From: Candidatus Heimdallarchaeota archaeon
GTDB taxonomy: Archaea > Asgardarchaeota > Heimdallarchaeia > Heimdallarchaeales > Heimdallarchaeaceae
Assembly: GCA_016840095.1 (NCBI GenBank)
Contig: JAEOSZ010000055.1
Location: 19,471 to 83,470 of the forward strand
Direction of reading: 5' to 3'
DNA length: 64,000 nucleotides
Part shown: positions 37,432-48,181 of the stretch, piece by piece
Numbering within the stretch: position 1 is the first letter of the stretch
Layout of the letters: each line of letters starts with the position of its first letter
Translations under genes and position numbers: made by a program
Notes under the pieces: model-generated
What the model was told of the DNA's origin: nothing
The model's database searches: none
Seen by the model: only the letters and a program-made list of their open reading frames with translations

Positions 37432-38790
37432 CTAATTTGTTGCAGCTGTAATATCTATATCATCTATTAGCACATGAGGTATAAAAGTTGGAACTTCAAC
37501 TTCCCAGCTTTTAATTTGTTTAATTTCCTTTCCAAGAGCTGAGATATTTTTGAATATATTATGCATTGTATCACTGATTCTTAACTCTCTAACAGGTTTA
37601 GAGATTTCTCCATTTTCTACAAGAAACATACCGTCTCTTGGAATAGAAGAGAATATTCCATCAGCATAGCTGGTAAACCTTGTATACCAGTTGTTAGTAA
37701 TATATAGAGTTGGTTTTCCTTTAGTTAATTCTAGTAATTCATCAAAAGAATGCTCTCCTGGTTCGAAGAAAACATTGGTATTCTCTGGAGCAATAAGTCC
37801 TGCATTTCCAGTACTTGTAGTACCAGCTTTTTTAGCAGTTGATGTATTATGAATAAAACCTTTCAGTATACCTTTTTCAACAATAACATTTCGACCAGTT
37901 GGATGACCTTCGTCATCAAAGGATTTAGATCCTAATCCATTTGGTAGAAGTGCATCATCATAAACAGAAACATTTTCTGGTCCTATTGATTCTCCAATTT
38001 TATCTTTTAGCCATGAAAATCCTATTTCTACATTGAAAGGATTTGCTGCTCTGGGAGTGGCTGCAACAATATCTGCTGCAACTCTAGGTTCTAACAGAAT
38101 ACTATATCTTCCTGGTTTTCCATTGGTTCCACTAGTAGACATCTTAGCTATTTCTCCTGCTCTTGCACCAGCTTTTTCGAAATCAACTTTGGATGAAAGC
38201 CTTCCCACATCGACATTCGCACCTGAACTGGTATCATCAATAAATGATCTGATACTAAATTCATAACTTGTAGAATTCTCCGAAATACTCGCTCCTTTTG
38301 AGGAAAGAAGATGATCTTCTCTTGCTTCCCAAACAAGTACACCAGCAGATCTCTTAGCACCTTCTGCTTCAGCTGCGTTTATTGCTTCTTGAACTCTATC
38401 AATTGATTGATCATGGAATTCAATAAAATCTGAATCAACTAAATATTCAATCGTTGGATAACTAAAAGGACCATCAGATATACCAAAATAGTTCTGATTT
38501 TGTGGTAAGGAGTTTGATAGTTTTTCTAAGGATTCAAGTGCAGCAACAATAGAATCATCAGAAAGATCCTCTATATCTACAGCTACAGTTTTAGACTTTT
38601 TAGCAGCAAAAACACTTAATTGAAGTGATGCCCAGTTTTTGGCAATTGTTATTTGACTATCAGCAAACCGTAACTGAGATCGATTCCCTCTAGTTGCTGA
38701 TATAACAAAATCATCAAATTCTAATGAATTGAGCTTATTTGCTGTAAAATCTAGTATATTTTCGATATCAATTTTTCCCATAATCTTCAC
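37432..38790 (-). CDS. pmbA: TldD/PmbA family, PmbA/TldE subunit
   Basis: FDDEGHPT, STGNAG, WYTRF, GEISKPV; lacks HExxxH; coupled to tldD. Confidence 0.85.
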   Translation of the reverse strand: MKIMGKIDIENILDFTANKLNSLEFDDFVISATRGNRSQLRFADSQITIAKNWASLQLSVFAAKKSKTVAVDIEDLSDDSIVAALESLEKLSNSLPQNQNYFGISDGPFSYPTIEYLVDSDFIEFHDQSIDRVQEAINAAEAEGAKRSAGVLVWEAREDHLLSSKGASISENSTSYEFSIRSFIDDTSSGANVDVGRLSSKVDFEKAGARAGEIAKMSTSGTNGKPGRYSILLEPRVAADIVAATPRAANPFNVEIGFSWLKDKIGESIGPENVSVYDDALLPNGLGSKSFDDEGHPTGRNVIVEKGILKGFIHNTSTAKKAGTTSTGNAGLIAPENTNVFFEPGEHSFDELLELTKGKPTLYITNNWYTRFTSYADGIFSSIPRDGMFLVENGEISKPVRELRISDTMHNIFKNISALGKEIKQIKSWEVEVPTFIPHVLIDDIDITAATN

Positions 38791-40235
38791 CTGACCTCCA
38801 CATCTCTTATCCTCATAAAGGAACCTCCATGATAGACTGGAGCACCTTGCATAGGATCACCTTTTCCACATGTTGCAGCATCAAATTCAAGATATTTTTC
38901 TTTAGCTACTGCATCAACTGATCCCCACAACTTAGGAGTAGTAGTTTCAAAAACTGGTCTTCGAACTAGATGTTTGATTTCACCATTTTCAATGAGGTAT
39001 GCTTCTAATCCAACATATTTAGAATGATATCTTCTGTCATCTATGTTCCATTCAGTGAAATTATTCATTAGAACACCAAGTTTAATGTCTTCGAATAATT
39101 CTTCATATTCGAATGTTCCCGGTGCTAAGTAAGTATTTGCCATTCTTGGAATTGGTTCTCTGTTAAATCCAATTGCTCTTGCAGCTGCTGTGCTGTTTGT
39201 ATTCATCCACGCTGCACTTTCTCTGTTATGTAGCATTTCATCAAAAATACCTTTATTATGTAAATATCGAGGACCAGCTTTTACACCTTCATCATCGTAC
39301 AGATAGTACCCATAAGATCCTTCCAAAGTAGGATCATCAATGATAGTTACATATTCAGAACCTATTTGCTGTCCAATCATGTCTTCCTTCAGATAACTTT
39401 CACCAGCTTGAGCTCCTTCTCTCCCTAGGATACGATCTCCCTCAGTAGGATGACCTGTGTTCTCATGACACATAATACCTATTACATTCGGACCTACAAC
39501 ATAATCTATTATTCCCTTTGGAGCTTCCTTTGAATCAGTTACTATTTTACTTAAGGTAGTTGCTTCTTTGTTAGCATACTCTTCAATTTTCCAGAAATCC
39601 AAAGATTCTAAACCTCCAGTTTTTCCTTTTTGAATCATGAGTTGTTCTTTTGAACCAGTGGTAGGATTGACAGCTACTAATAATCCAAATAGCTCTATCC
39701 TATCTATCTCACTTTCAATCTTAGCTCCTTCATTTGTAACAATATACTTCTTTTCTGTGCTATCGAGCATTTGAAAGAATCTGAAAGGTATAACTGCATT
39801 TGTTTTAAGTTCAGCAAGTTGTTTGTCCATTTCCATCAATCTGTTAATCTTTGATTCCGGATCAACTTGCAATGGTCGTTTACCAGTTTCACCAAGTGAA
39901 TCATATTTCACTTCATGAACTTTTTCATCACTAAAAATAATCTTTTTGGATCTTCTTTTACCAGTAGCTTCTGCCATTTTAGTTGCAAAAGCAACTGCAA
40001 TATTCATCTCTTCCTTTGTCATTTCATTGAAACTAGCGAAACCCACTCCTCCATCTTTGAGTACTCTAATACCTATACCATTGAATCTTTGAAAGCCACC
40101 TAATTCAGGGATACCATTTTTAAGAATACTAACATTGGTAGAGTCTTTCACATATCTTGCTTCAATATACTTTGCACCAAGTTTTTCTCCTTCTTCTATA
40201 GCTTTATCTGCTAAATCATATGAGCTTGAAGGCAT
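38787..40235 (-). CDS. tldD: TldD metalloprotease subunit
   Basis: HENTGHPTEGDR, YDDEGV, PIPRMANT, CGKGDPMQ. Confidence 0.92.
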   Translation of the reverse strand: MPSSSYDLADKAIEEGEKLGAKYIEARYVKDSTNVSILKNGIPELGGFQRFNGIGIRVLKDGGVGFASFNEMTKEEMNIAVAFATKMAEATGKRRSKKIIFSDEKVHEVKYDSLGETGKRPLQVDPESKINRLMEMDKQLAELKTNAVIPFRFFQMLDSTEKKYIVTNEGAKIESEIDRIELFGLLVAVNPTTGSKEQLMIQKGKTGGLESLDFWKIEEYANKEATTLSKIVTDSKEAPKGIIDYVVGPNVIGIMCHENTGHPTEGDRILGREGAQAGESYLKEDMIGQQIGSEYVTIIDDPTLEGSYGYYLYDDEGVKAGPRYLHNKGIFDEMLHNRESAAWMNTNSTAAARAIGFNREPIPRMANTYLAPGTFEYEELFEDIKLGVLMNNFTEWNIDDRRYHSKYVGLEAYLIENGEIKHLVRRPVFETTTPKLWGSVDAVAKEKYLEFDAATCGKGDPMQGAPVYHGGSFMRIRDVEVR

Positions 40236-40357
40236 GTTCGGAAATTAAGAAAGGATATATTTAAAGCTATTCGAAAACTAATTGTGCAAAATAGGTGCTA
40301 AATATTTTTAATATACTCATTCTAATAACTGCCATTCATAACTGAAGGTTTGAATAG

Positions 40358-42037
40358 ATGTCTAAAATCGCCACAAAAAATTCTGTTGTTGAGGGAGTAG
40401 AATTAGCAGGTGCAAAGATTCAGAAAAGAATAGTTTCTCTAGATTTTCAAAGAGGTTTAGCTATTTTTCTTATGGTTTTCTTTCATTCACTTCAACATTT
40501 GTATGATATAGGATGGGCAACAAATGTTGATGAACTTTTCAAGATGAATATTCTTGTAATTCTCAGTGTCATTCTTATGGCTTTTTTTACTGGTTGGGCT
40601 GGTTACTTTCTAATAATTTCTGCAATTGTTAATGCTTTGGCTATGTCAAAAAGAGCATCAAGAGGTCACAAACCTGCTCAGATATTAGCTAAGCAAATTC
40701 TAACAGGTCTTGGTATTTTATTTGCTGCAATGCTTACTGAAGGTTTGTTTGGATATTATGGCTATTTGGGAAGTGGATTGAGAACAGGAAATTGGACTTC
40801 TTCAAGGTTTCTTCAAACTTTCGTAGGTAGATCATTCTTCATGATGGAAACTTTACAAACTATAGGGTGGTGTATGATGATCACTGGTGTAATTCATTTT
40901 CTACTTATAAGAAGTGGTGGTTTCAAAAAAATTAAACGAAATATCATCATTTATGCAATTTTAACATTAGTAATTATTGTATTGAGTCCTGTAATGTGGA
41001 ATTGGACAGATAACATGAATTGGGGAGGATATTATAATCTTAACTTCTTCTCTGAAATAAGTGTTGATAGTAGATATTATACTAGTTTTAGGTGGCCAAA
41101 TGAGTTTGATCAGTATAAAATTGGTACTTTTAAAGCTAGTTTCTTCTCTTTACTAACAGGTGATCTCGAACCATTATTTCCATTTATGTCAACTTCCTTT
41201 CTAGGAGCACTAATTGGTACAATTTTAGCTAAAGAAGATCCCCCAGAAAGACTTCCATTTTATGGTGCAATGACAGCACTTGGATTTATTGCTACCGGTG
41301 CAATTCTTATAGCAGCAGGACTGCCCTTTGATTTTACATGGTATAGACCAATGATGTCCTATTTCTTGATTTTAATGGGGACATGGGTAGGTGTCATATC
41401 ATTACTGCTGTACAAAGTAGAATACAGAGGAAAGCCTAATAAATTTGCTAAAAGAAGAGTTGTTAGTTTGATGCGTCTTTGGGGAATTATCTCTTTAACA
41501 ATTTTTTCACTACAAATATTTTCACTTTTTCCTAGATGGGTACTGAGTTTCTTGTTAAAAGATGTAAATTTAGTAAATCAAAGACTACCTTTTGGTCAGG
41601 AAGGATTTGTTTTGCTTATCTGCTTCTATATTCTGTTTGCATACCATTTTCTAGTAAAACTTTGGAGCAAATTTAACTTCAATTATTCTTTTGAATGGTT
41701 CATAATAAGATTCTCAAGTATTGGTTCTGGACAAGATGTTTCTCAGAGATTAAATGTTGACACTGTAATGAATAAAACAGAATGGTATAGTTTTAAGAGA
41801 GAAGAGGTTTATCGCGTTTCTGCAATTATCTTATGTATTCTACTAGGCTTCTTAGGGATGCACAGATTTTACATAAACAATACAGATTCTAATTTGTTAG
41901 GAATTCAGAAATTAAAATTAAAAAATAAGAAGATAGGTTTTGTTTATCTACTTACTGGAGGACTTCTGTTTGCTGGCGTAATTTATGATTTGTATCTTAT
42001 TATTAATAGCAAAGAACCTTTCAATATGAAATGGTAA
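40358..42037 (+). CDS. HGSNAT/DUF1624-like membrane acyltransferase fused to C-terminal TM2 domain
   Basis: RIVSLDFQRGLAIFLMVFFH, ETLQTIG, PLFPF, SFEW; tail LLGFLGMHRFY...YLLTGGLLFAGVIYDL. Confidence 0.7.
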   Translation: MSKIATKNSVVEGVELAGAKIQKRIVSLDFQRGLAIFLMVFFHSLQHLYDIGWATNVDELFKMNILVILSVILMAFFTGWAGYFLIISAIVNALAMSKRASRGHKPAQILAKQILTGLGILFAAMLTEGLFGYYGYLGSGLRTGNWTSSRFLQTFVGRSFFMMETLQTIGWCMMITGVIHFLLIRSGGFKKIKRNIIIYAILTLVIIVLSPVMWNWTDNMNWGGYYNLNFFSEISVDSRYYTSFRWPNEFDQYKIGTFKASFFSLLTGDLEPLFPFMSTSFLGALIGTILAKEDPPERLPFYGAMTALGFIATGAILIAAGLPFDFTWYRPMMSYFLILMGTWVGVISLLLYKVEYRGKPNKFAKRRVVSLMRLWGIISLTIFSLQIFSLFPRWVLSFLLKDVNLVNQRLPFGQEGFVLLICFYILFAYHFLVKLWSKFNFNYSFEWFIIRFSSIGSGQDVSQRLNVDTVMNKTEWYSFKREEVYRVSAIILCILLGFLGMHRFYINNTDSNLLGIQKLKLKNKKIGFVYLLTGGLLFAGVIYDLYLIINSKEPFNMKW

Positions 42038-42128
42038 GAACTTCTTTCCTTCTTTCTTTTTTGGTTGAGCGATACTTTATTAAATTACAGACCAAATTAA
42101 TTGAATTAGAACATATGGAGTAAGAACT

Positions 42129-42956
42129 ATGGTTTTAGCTACATGGCAGATCATATTGATAGGTACTGGTGCTTCTCTGTTTGCAGGTTTAGCAACAGCA
42201 TTTGGAGCTATTCCTGTCTTTTTCAAGAAAGATATTAGTGATAAAACGTTAGATTTGTTACTTGGATTTGCTGCAGGGGTGATGCTTGCTGCTTCAGCTT
42301 TTAGTCTTTTAGTGCCAGCTCTAAACTTAGATCCTGTTCCATTTGGACCCAAATTTGAGTTAGATACTATCTGGTTAGTTGTTATTGGTGTTGTAATAGG
42401 AGCGGTTTTCATAGACATCATAGACAAATGGGCTCCTCATGAACATTTTATTTCTGGTCCAGAAGGAAAGATGTCCAAACGGTTAGCTGCTACATGGTTG
42501 TTTATTATAGCAATTACTATTCATAATTTCCCAGAAGGTTTAGCAGTTGGTGTTAGTTTTGGAAATGGAGATGTTGCAGAAGGTTCAGTTGTTGCTATTG
42601 CTATTGGTTTACAAAATATCCCTGAAGGTACGGCTGTTGCAATGCCACTCTTAAGAGAAGGTTATTCAAAGAAAAAAGCGTTCATGATAGCAGCACTATC
42701 TGGATTGGTTGAACCACTTGGAGCAATTCTAGGTGTTGCTGCAGTTTCTATTGCTCAATTTTTCCTTGCATTTGGAATGGCTTTTGCAGCTGGAGCAATG
42801 ATTTTTGTAGTTATTGACGAGATTATACCTGAAACGCATGGAAAAGAATATGCTAGACTGGTTACTTTTGGAGTCATTGTTGGATTCGTAATAATGATGT
42901 TCTTGGATAATTTCATAGAACCCTTATTAGCTGACTTAATAGGTCCAATAACGTGA
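42129..42956 (+). CDS. ZIP family (GufA/ZupT) metal transporter
   Basis: GFAAGVMLAAS, HNFPEGLAVG, QNIPEG, EIIPE. Confidence 0.93.
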   Translation: MVLATWQIILIGTGASLFAGLATAFGAIPVFFKKDISDKTLDLLLGFAAGVMLAASAFSLLVPALNLDPVPFGPKFELDTIWLVVIGVVIGAVFIDIIDKWAPHEHFISGPEGKMSKRLAATWLFIIAITIHNFPEGLAVGVSFGNGDVAEGSVVAIAIGLQNIPEGTAVAMPLLREGYSKKKAFMIAALSGLVEPLGAILGVAAVSIAQFFLAFGMAFAAGAMIFVVIDEIIPETHGKEYARLVTFGVIVGFVIMMFLDNFIEPLLADLIGPIT

Positions 42957-42987
42957 CACCCAACAAGGGAAAATTTAGAATAAAGAA

Positions 42988-44262
42988 TTAAGGATAAATT
43001 CCCCTTAATTCATATTGTTTAACTATTGTTTCTAGAGCAACTGTATAAGCTGATAATCTCATATCATTAATACAGCATTCATCAGCGTGATCAAAGATTT
43101 TATCAAAAGCTCTTACCATGATTTCTTCTAACTTGCTATTTACTTCTTCTTCTGTCCAGAATAATGCATCATTTCCTTGAACCCATTCAAAGTAACTTAC
43201 AGTAACACCACCTGCATTAGCTAGGATATCAGGTAAAACTAGAACATTATTATCTTTCAGAATTTCATCTGCTCCTGGTGTAGTTGGTCCATTTGCTCCT
43301 TCTGCAACAATCTTTGCTTTAACAGTGTGAGCATTATATTTAGTAATTACACTTTCAACTGCACACGGAGCTAGAACATCAACTTCCAAAGCAAATAACT
43401 CATCGTTTGTAATATCTTTAGTTGAGTGTTGATAACCAACAACTGAACGATCTGAATTGTCTGGATTTTCATATACATATTTGTACAAATCTTCTACATC
43501 GAATCCATTTTCGTTGTAGATACCACCTTTCCAATCAGAAACACCTACAACTTTAGCTCCATTTTCAGCAATTATTCTAGCAAACCATGAACCTACATTT
43601 CCAAATCCTTGAACTGCTACAGTAGCACCTTCCATCTCTATTCCTAATCTCTTCATAGCTTGACGAGTTACAAAATAGACTCCTCTTCCTGTTGCAGCAG
43701 CTCTGCCAAGAGAACCACCAAGCTCAACAGGTTTACCAGTAACTACTCCTAATGCAGAATGGCCACCCCACATCGAGTAGGTGTCATAAATCCAAGCCAT
43801 TTCTCTAGCTGATGTGTTGATATCTGGAGCTGGAATGTCACTTCTAGGATTAAAGACATTGATCATCTGGTGAGTGTATCTTCTGGTTACTTTTTCAATT
43901 TCTTTTAGTGACATTTCTCTTGGGTTACAGATAACTCCACCTTTTGCTCCGGAATATGGTAAACCTACAATTGCACATTTGAAAGTCATCCAAAAGGCAA
44001 GAGCCATAACTTCCTCTCTAGTTACATGAGGACTGAATCTTATTCCTCCTTTGTTTGGAAGATTTTCATTGTGATGTACTCGAAAACCTGTGAATATCTC
44101 AACTCGTCCATCATCCATAACTACTGGAAAATTAGTTTCAACTATTCTAATTGGATGTTTTAGAATTTTCATGATATTCTCATCAATATCCAGAACTTCA
44201 CCTACTTTTTCTAGCTGTTTAACAGCCATCCTCCATGGATCAATAGCATGCTCTTCTGTCAT
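42988..44262 (-). CDS. gdhA: Glutamate dehydrogenase (Glu/Leu/Phe/Val family)
   Basis: KGGIRF, GAKGG, DIPAPD, VTGKP..GGS.GR, QGFGNVG, EGANGP, PDILANAGGVTVSYFEW. Confidence 0.95.
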   Translation of the reverse strand: MTEEHAIDPWRMAVKQLEKVGEVLDIDENIMKILKHPIRIVETNFPVVMDDGRVEIFTGFRVHHNENLPNKGGIRFSPHVTREEVMALAFWMTFKCAIVGLPYSGAKGGVICNPREMSLKEIEKVTRRYTHQMINVFNPRSDIPAPDINTSAREMAWIYDTYSMWGGHSALGVVTGKPVELGGSLGRAAATGRGVYFVTRQAMKRLGIEMEGATVAVQGFGNVGSWFARIIAENGAKVVGVSDWKGGIYNENGFDVEDLYKYVYENPDNSDRSVVGYQHSTKDITNDELFALEVDVLAPCAVESVITKYNAHTVKAKIVAEGANGPTTPGADEILKDNNVLVLPDILANAGGVTVSYFEWVQGNDALFWTEEEVNSKLEEIMVRAFDKIFDHADECCINDMRLSAYTVALETIVKQYELRGIYP

Positions 44263-44336
44263 GAGTAACTCAAAAACTGTTCTTTTTTTAAATTTTCTTA
44301 CTATACTAAGTTTGTTTGGTCCAAGTTAAGAAAAAT

Positions 44337-45650
44337 TCATACAGGTGGAAATTCTAATGGAAATTGATCGGTGGAGTTACTTGGTCCATCAATATAATAA
44401 TCTCCAGATAACCATTCAGACCAGAAATTCCCCTCAGAAGAACTACTTGACCATTCACTAAAATTTCCTTCATCATATGCTTGAGATGTTCCTAATAAGT
44501 TATTGAAATAGAACGAATTAAGAAATATTTTTGAATAATTACACACCCAGCTATTTTTTACTCCGTAATAAGAATTAATTGCAAAAAGATTTAATCTTAC
44601 TGTATTGTTGCTAGTGGGAATATAGCTAATTGTTCCTGGAAAACCTGGATGAATTTCTAGACCAATAAAATTTGATAAGAAGGTGTTATTTCTGATATCA
44701 TTGAAGTAGCTTTCAGATATTTGTAGGCTAATGTTGTTACTTTCAAGGTGATTATTATTCACTGTCGTATATCCTGTACGGAAGATATGCAGGCCAATTT
44801 CAGTATTATTAGTAATACAATTACTGGTAATATTAGATACATTCATAGATCTAACAAAAATTCCTTCTGAACAATTAGAGATGATATTATAGGTGATTGA
44901 AGAACTACCACCTTGTTGAAACAATCCTAAATCTTGTAGAATAATAGTGTTATTTCTAATTTTATTAAATGTTCCTTGGGATAAAATTCCTACATTGCCA
45001 TAATCAAGAAATCCCGATTCTTCCTGAATAATCTCATTTGAATAAATATAATTATCTTCTAAAGTAGAATAACTAGCATCAACTAGAAAGATTCCAAATT
45101 CATTATTGCAAATTGTATTATTCTTTATAACTGTACTGGAACTATCTTCTATCCTAATTGCATATAATCCTCCATTTTCCAACTCATTATTTTCAATTAA
45201 GACCGTGTTGCTTTGTACAACAAAAATAGATCCATTAACGAATATATTGCTTCTAATAATTGCAGTTCCGGCAGCTACAGAGTTAATATAAACAGATACG
45301 TCATCTGTAACAAATTTACAATTATCAATTTCAAAAAATTTTGTTGTTCCCTCTATTCTTATTGCATATAAGTTAGAGATTATTTCTAAACCCTCAATTA
45401 AATAAGGATCAGTCTCATCTCCAGATCCAGGAAAACGGTAATCAGCGAAATCTTCATCATCCAAAATAGTAATTGGTTTATGTGAATTATATTTCCCTTT
45501 TGATGGTAAATAAACGGTTAGCATAACTGAACTTATTACAACACCAGCTATAATAATTGTTGAAATAATAATCAACAACATTTTGCTTTTTATTATTGAA
45601 ATAACATCACACTCTCTTTTCCTTAGCTTTCTAAATATTGTTGGTAGCAC
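44337..45650 (-). CDS. Right-handed parallel beta-helix (NosD/CASH) surface protein
   Basis: Paralog of 14423-16048: TM, HKPITILDDEDF..GSGDETDPYLIE, GI..I.NN repeats, SQAYDEG..EGNFWSEW. Start is probably downstream of 45650. Confidence 0.85.
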   Translation of the reverse strand: MLPTIFRKLRKRECDVISIIKSKMLLIIISTIIIAGVVISSVMLTVYLPSKGKYNSHKPITILDDEDFADYRFPGSGDETDPYLIEGLEIISNLYAIRIEGTTKFFEIDNCKFVTDDVSVYINSVAAGTAIIRSNIFVNGSIFVVQSNTVLIENNELENGGLYAIRIEDSSSTVIKNNTICNNEFGIFLVDASYSTLEDNYIYSNEIIQEESGFLDYGNVGILSQGTFNKIRNNTIILQDLGLFQQGGSSSITYNIISNCSEGIFVRSMNVSNITSNCITNNTEIGLHIFRTGYTTVNNNHLESNNISLQISESYFNDIRNNTFLSNFIGLEIHPGFPGTISYIPTSNNTVRLNLFAINSYYGVKNSWVCNYSKIFLNSFYFNNLLGTSQAYDEGNFSEWSSSSSEGNFWSEWLSGDYYIDGPSNSTDQFPLEFPPV

Positions 45651-45662
45651 TTATAATGTTTT

Positions 45663-46229
45663 CTACCAGATTATTGGGAACCAATTTGAGACTGGATCAA
45701 AAATTATGTAGAAATAATTTCTGATGACATAAAAGATTACACCTACAATTGAGCCCCAAATTAATCCACCTACTATATCAACAAAATAATGAACTTCCAA
45801 GGCTATCCTTCCATAACAAACTGCAATTGCCCAGAGTATGAAAATCCAACCAAAAGTTGGAAATAGAAGAGCCATAAACATAGCAAGACTTCCCATTCTT
45901 GAAGCATGACCACTAGGAAAACTGAAATGATCCCCAGAAGCGATGTATTTCAGAGCAACTTGCTCATTAGGTCTTATTCTTCTTGTGAGGAATTTTATTG
46001 TAGTTGTAGTTAATCCCACTACAGCTGCTAAAGTGATTTGGATAAGATTATCTGACCTTTCCATAAAAACATCCAGAATAAAGAACATAAAGGAAATAAC
46101 TAACCATGGCTGAACGTTTCCTGATAAAGCAAAGAAGCTTGCTACTTTCAAAGTCTTCTGAGATTTTTGAGCTATCCTTTGTGAGATTTTCTTATCCCAT
46201 TCATCAATCTTTTTGAATAGCTCAGTCAT
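45663..46229 (-). CDS. PAP2 family membrane phosphatase
   Basis: K-x6-RP, SFPSGH, GRIALEVHYFVDIVGG. Confidence 0.92.
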   Translation of the reverse strand: MTELFKKIDEWDKKISQRIAQKSQKTLKVASFFALSGNVQPWLVISFMFFILDVFMERSDNLIQITLAAVVGLTTTTIKFLTRRIRPNEQVALKYIASGDHFSFPSGHASRMGSLAMFMALLFPTFGWIFILWAIAVCYGRIALEVHYFVDIVGGLIWGSIVGVIFYVIRNYFYIIFDPVSNWFPIIW

Positions 46230-46281
46230 GAAATTAACCTTTCAAAATTGTATTTAAGTATAAGTGTAGTGCACTCAAAAT

Positions 46282-47097
46282 TCAATCATAAAGTTCCTTA
46301 TTTTCTTCGTAATATCTTCTTACTTCCTCTAATTGATGCTTTTTATCTACATCCATAGCGATTTCTGCATCTTCAGTTATCACTGCGTATACACCTTCTT
46401 TAGCTTTGAATACTTTTTTACCTAAAGAACGCATGAATTTATCAAGAGTCAATTTTTTGAGAAGGAATCTAATAACTAATATCGGATTAAGGACTAAAAG
46501 CTGTGTTAAAGCATTTTTTCTTTTCTCTATCAGTTTGGTCATTAGTTTCTCATGTTGTAAAATCATTCTGATATTGATAATAGATATGTCTCCACCACAT
46601 ACTTCAAAATTGTCTTTAAATTCCACAAAAGATCTATTAGAGTTTGGAAATTTCGATTCCATATGTCCTCTTTGAACAATAGAATAGTAAAACATACCAT
46701 CAATTTCTCCTTCAGATATTGTTTCACATTTTTCTATAAATCTTGTAAGAATTTCAGCAGTTATCAGAGGAATATCACTAGTTAGAAAAACACATGTTTC
46801 TGCTTTCTTTCCTTTATTTTGAAGAAATTTATAATAGATATTTTTTCCCTTAGTAAATATAGATCCTGAATCTTCATTGAATATTACAGGAACATCGGTT
46901 TTCCATTCAGATTCTGCCAATCCAGTAATGTAAATATCTTCTATTTTATCGCATTTATGAACTTCTTTAACAATTCTCTCAAGAAAAGTTTTATCTCCAA
47001 GTTGAACAAATGCTTTTCTTTGAACTCCTTCTTGATTACAAATTACATCATCTCTTTCTGAATATCCAGCAAAAATAAGTGCATTATATTTTACCAT
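46282..47097 (-). CDS. GT-A fold nucleotidyltransferase (MobA/IspD-like)
   Basis: ALIFAG..KAFVQLGDKTFLERIV, TSDIPLIT, AMDVDK. Confidence 0.8.
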   Translation of the reverse strand: MVKYNALIFAGYSERDDVICNQEGVQRKAFVQLGDKTFLERIVKEVHKCDKIEDIYITGLAESEWKTDVPVIFNEDSGSIFTKGKNIYYKFLQNKGKKAETCVFLTSDIPLITAEILTRFIEKCETISEGEIDGMFYYSIVQRGHMESKFPNSNRSFVEFKDNFEVCGGDISIINIRMILQHEKLMTKLIEKRKNALTQLLVLNPILVIRFLLKKLTLDKFMRSLGKKVFKAKEGVYAVITEDAEIAMDVDKKHQLEEVRRYYEENKELYD

Positions 47098-47105
47098 TTA
47101 CAACC

Positions 47106-48032
47106 CTAATCCTGCAATTTCTCCAAAGTAGGTTCTATTTTAAGCTTTTTCAAGTATTCTTGATACTCTTCAAGAGTTAATTCTCTTCTTTCTCCACTAA
47201 CAGCTACAATTGCTGCCTCTAAAGCATTAGTACCAAAAGATCTTCCTTCTACTCTGGGTGTCGAAGTAATTATATATCTGATTCCAATGTCTTTCAATCT
47301 CTGAACATCATCTTCAGTAGTTGTGTTAGTAACAATAATTTTTCCCTCCATCTCATCATAAGGCATATTTCTATTAATGAAATTGAAATCTCCAGCAATC
47401 CATTTAGCTTTTTTGAAATATTTAGGAAAAGATGGTTTGTTTACTTCTTGTTTTTCTCCTGTAGGATATAGCCAACTAAAAGGTAATCTTGTAACTAAAG
47501 GAAGAAGTACTGTTCCTATATTGTACACATTTCTAAGAGTATGCAATGGAATACCCAATTTGAAACCCCAGAGAAGATCACCAAAAGTAATTAATTTTTT
47601 ATTTCTACCAACAAATTCCCATGCACTTTTAGCTTGGAACCATCGATCAACTGCTGCAGTTACTAATGTAGCCCTGCTTTCTTCTACTTCTTCAGGAAGT
47701 TTCTCTTCTGCAAATTGCATGATTCTTCCTTCAAGAGTACTCTTCATACCTCCCCCATCAACAATTGGTGTTTCTTTTACATTCTTAATTAATTTCTTCC
47801 AAACATCTCTTATTTTGTATCTTCTCATCCCTTTCCAGAGATAGAGATCTGTACCTCCAACACCAAAAACGTCTACTTTTCCATCAAGACTTTCCATCAA
47901 TTCCCGATACTTTTTCATATCTCCATTAGTCCCAATTCGTTCAACTATTACTACTTCATTTCCAAGAGTTAGTTCCTTTTTGTAATCTCTTATTGAAGAC
48001 CCTAATGATACAGAAACAACATGTTTACCCAT
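47106..48032 (-). CDS. Conserved protein of unknown function (family often auto-labelled 'quinate 5-dehydrogenase')
   Basis: VVSVSLGSSIRD, RIGTNGD, LDGKVDVFGVGG, TPIVDGGGMK, LYPTG, IAGDF, TNTTT, GRSFGTNALEA. ATG 48032 preferred over 48161. Confidence 0.7.
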   Translation of the reverse strand: MGKHVVSVSLGSSIRDYKKELTLGNEVVIVERIGTNGDMKKYRELMESLDGKVDVFGVGGTDLYLWKGMRRYKIRDVWKKLIKNVKETPIVDGGGMKSTLEGRIMQFAEEKLPEEVEESRATLVTAAVDRWFQAKSAWEFVGRNKKLITFGDLLWGFKLGIPLHTLRNVYNIGTVLLPLVTRLPFSWLYPTGEKQEVNKPSFPKYFKKAKWIAGDFNFINRNMPYDEMEGKIIVTNTTTEDDVQRLKDIGIRYIITSTPRVEGRSFGTNALEAAIVAVSGERRELTLEEYQEYLKKLKIEPTLEKLQD

Positions 48033-48181
48033 AAGAAACACCTTAACGTAAATTTTCACACAGAACTTATTTATAAATAATCTTGTGAAATTATAGAAAT
48101 AACAAGAAAATGAAGAAATCACAAATAATCTGCAGAAATAGTTAAAAAGAGTAAGAAGCACAAAGAACTATTGGTGATTAA

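Noticed and set aside
47377-47844. 155-aa antisense ORF and the other short antisense or alternate-frame ORFs in the track (e.g. 42080-42427, 22114-22389, 24675-24968)
   Set aside because: They lie wholly or mostly within well-supported genes and have no motifs; typical shadow ORFs.
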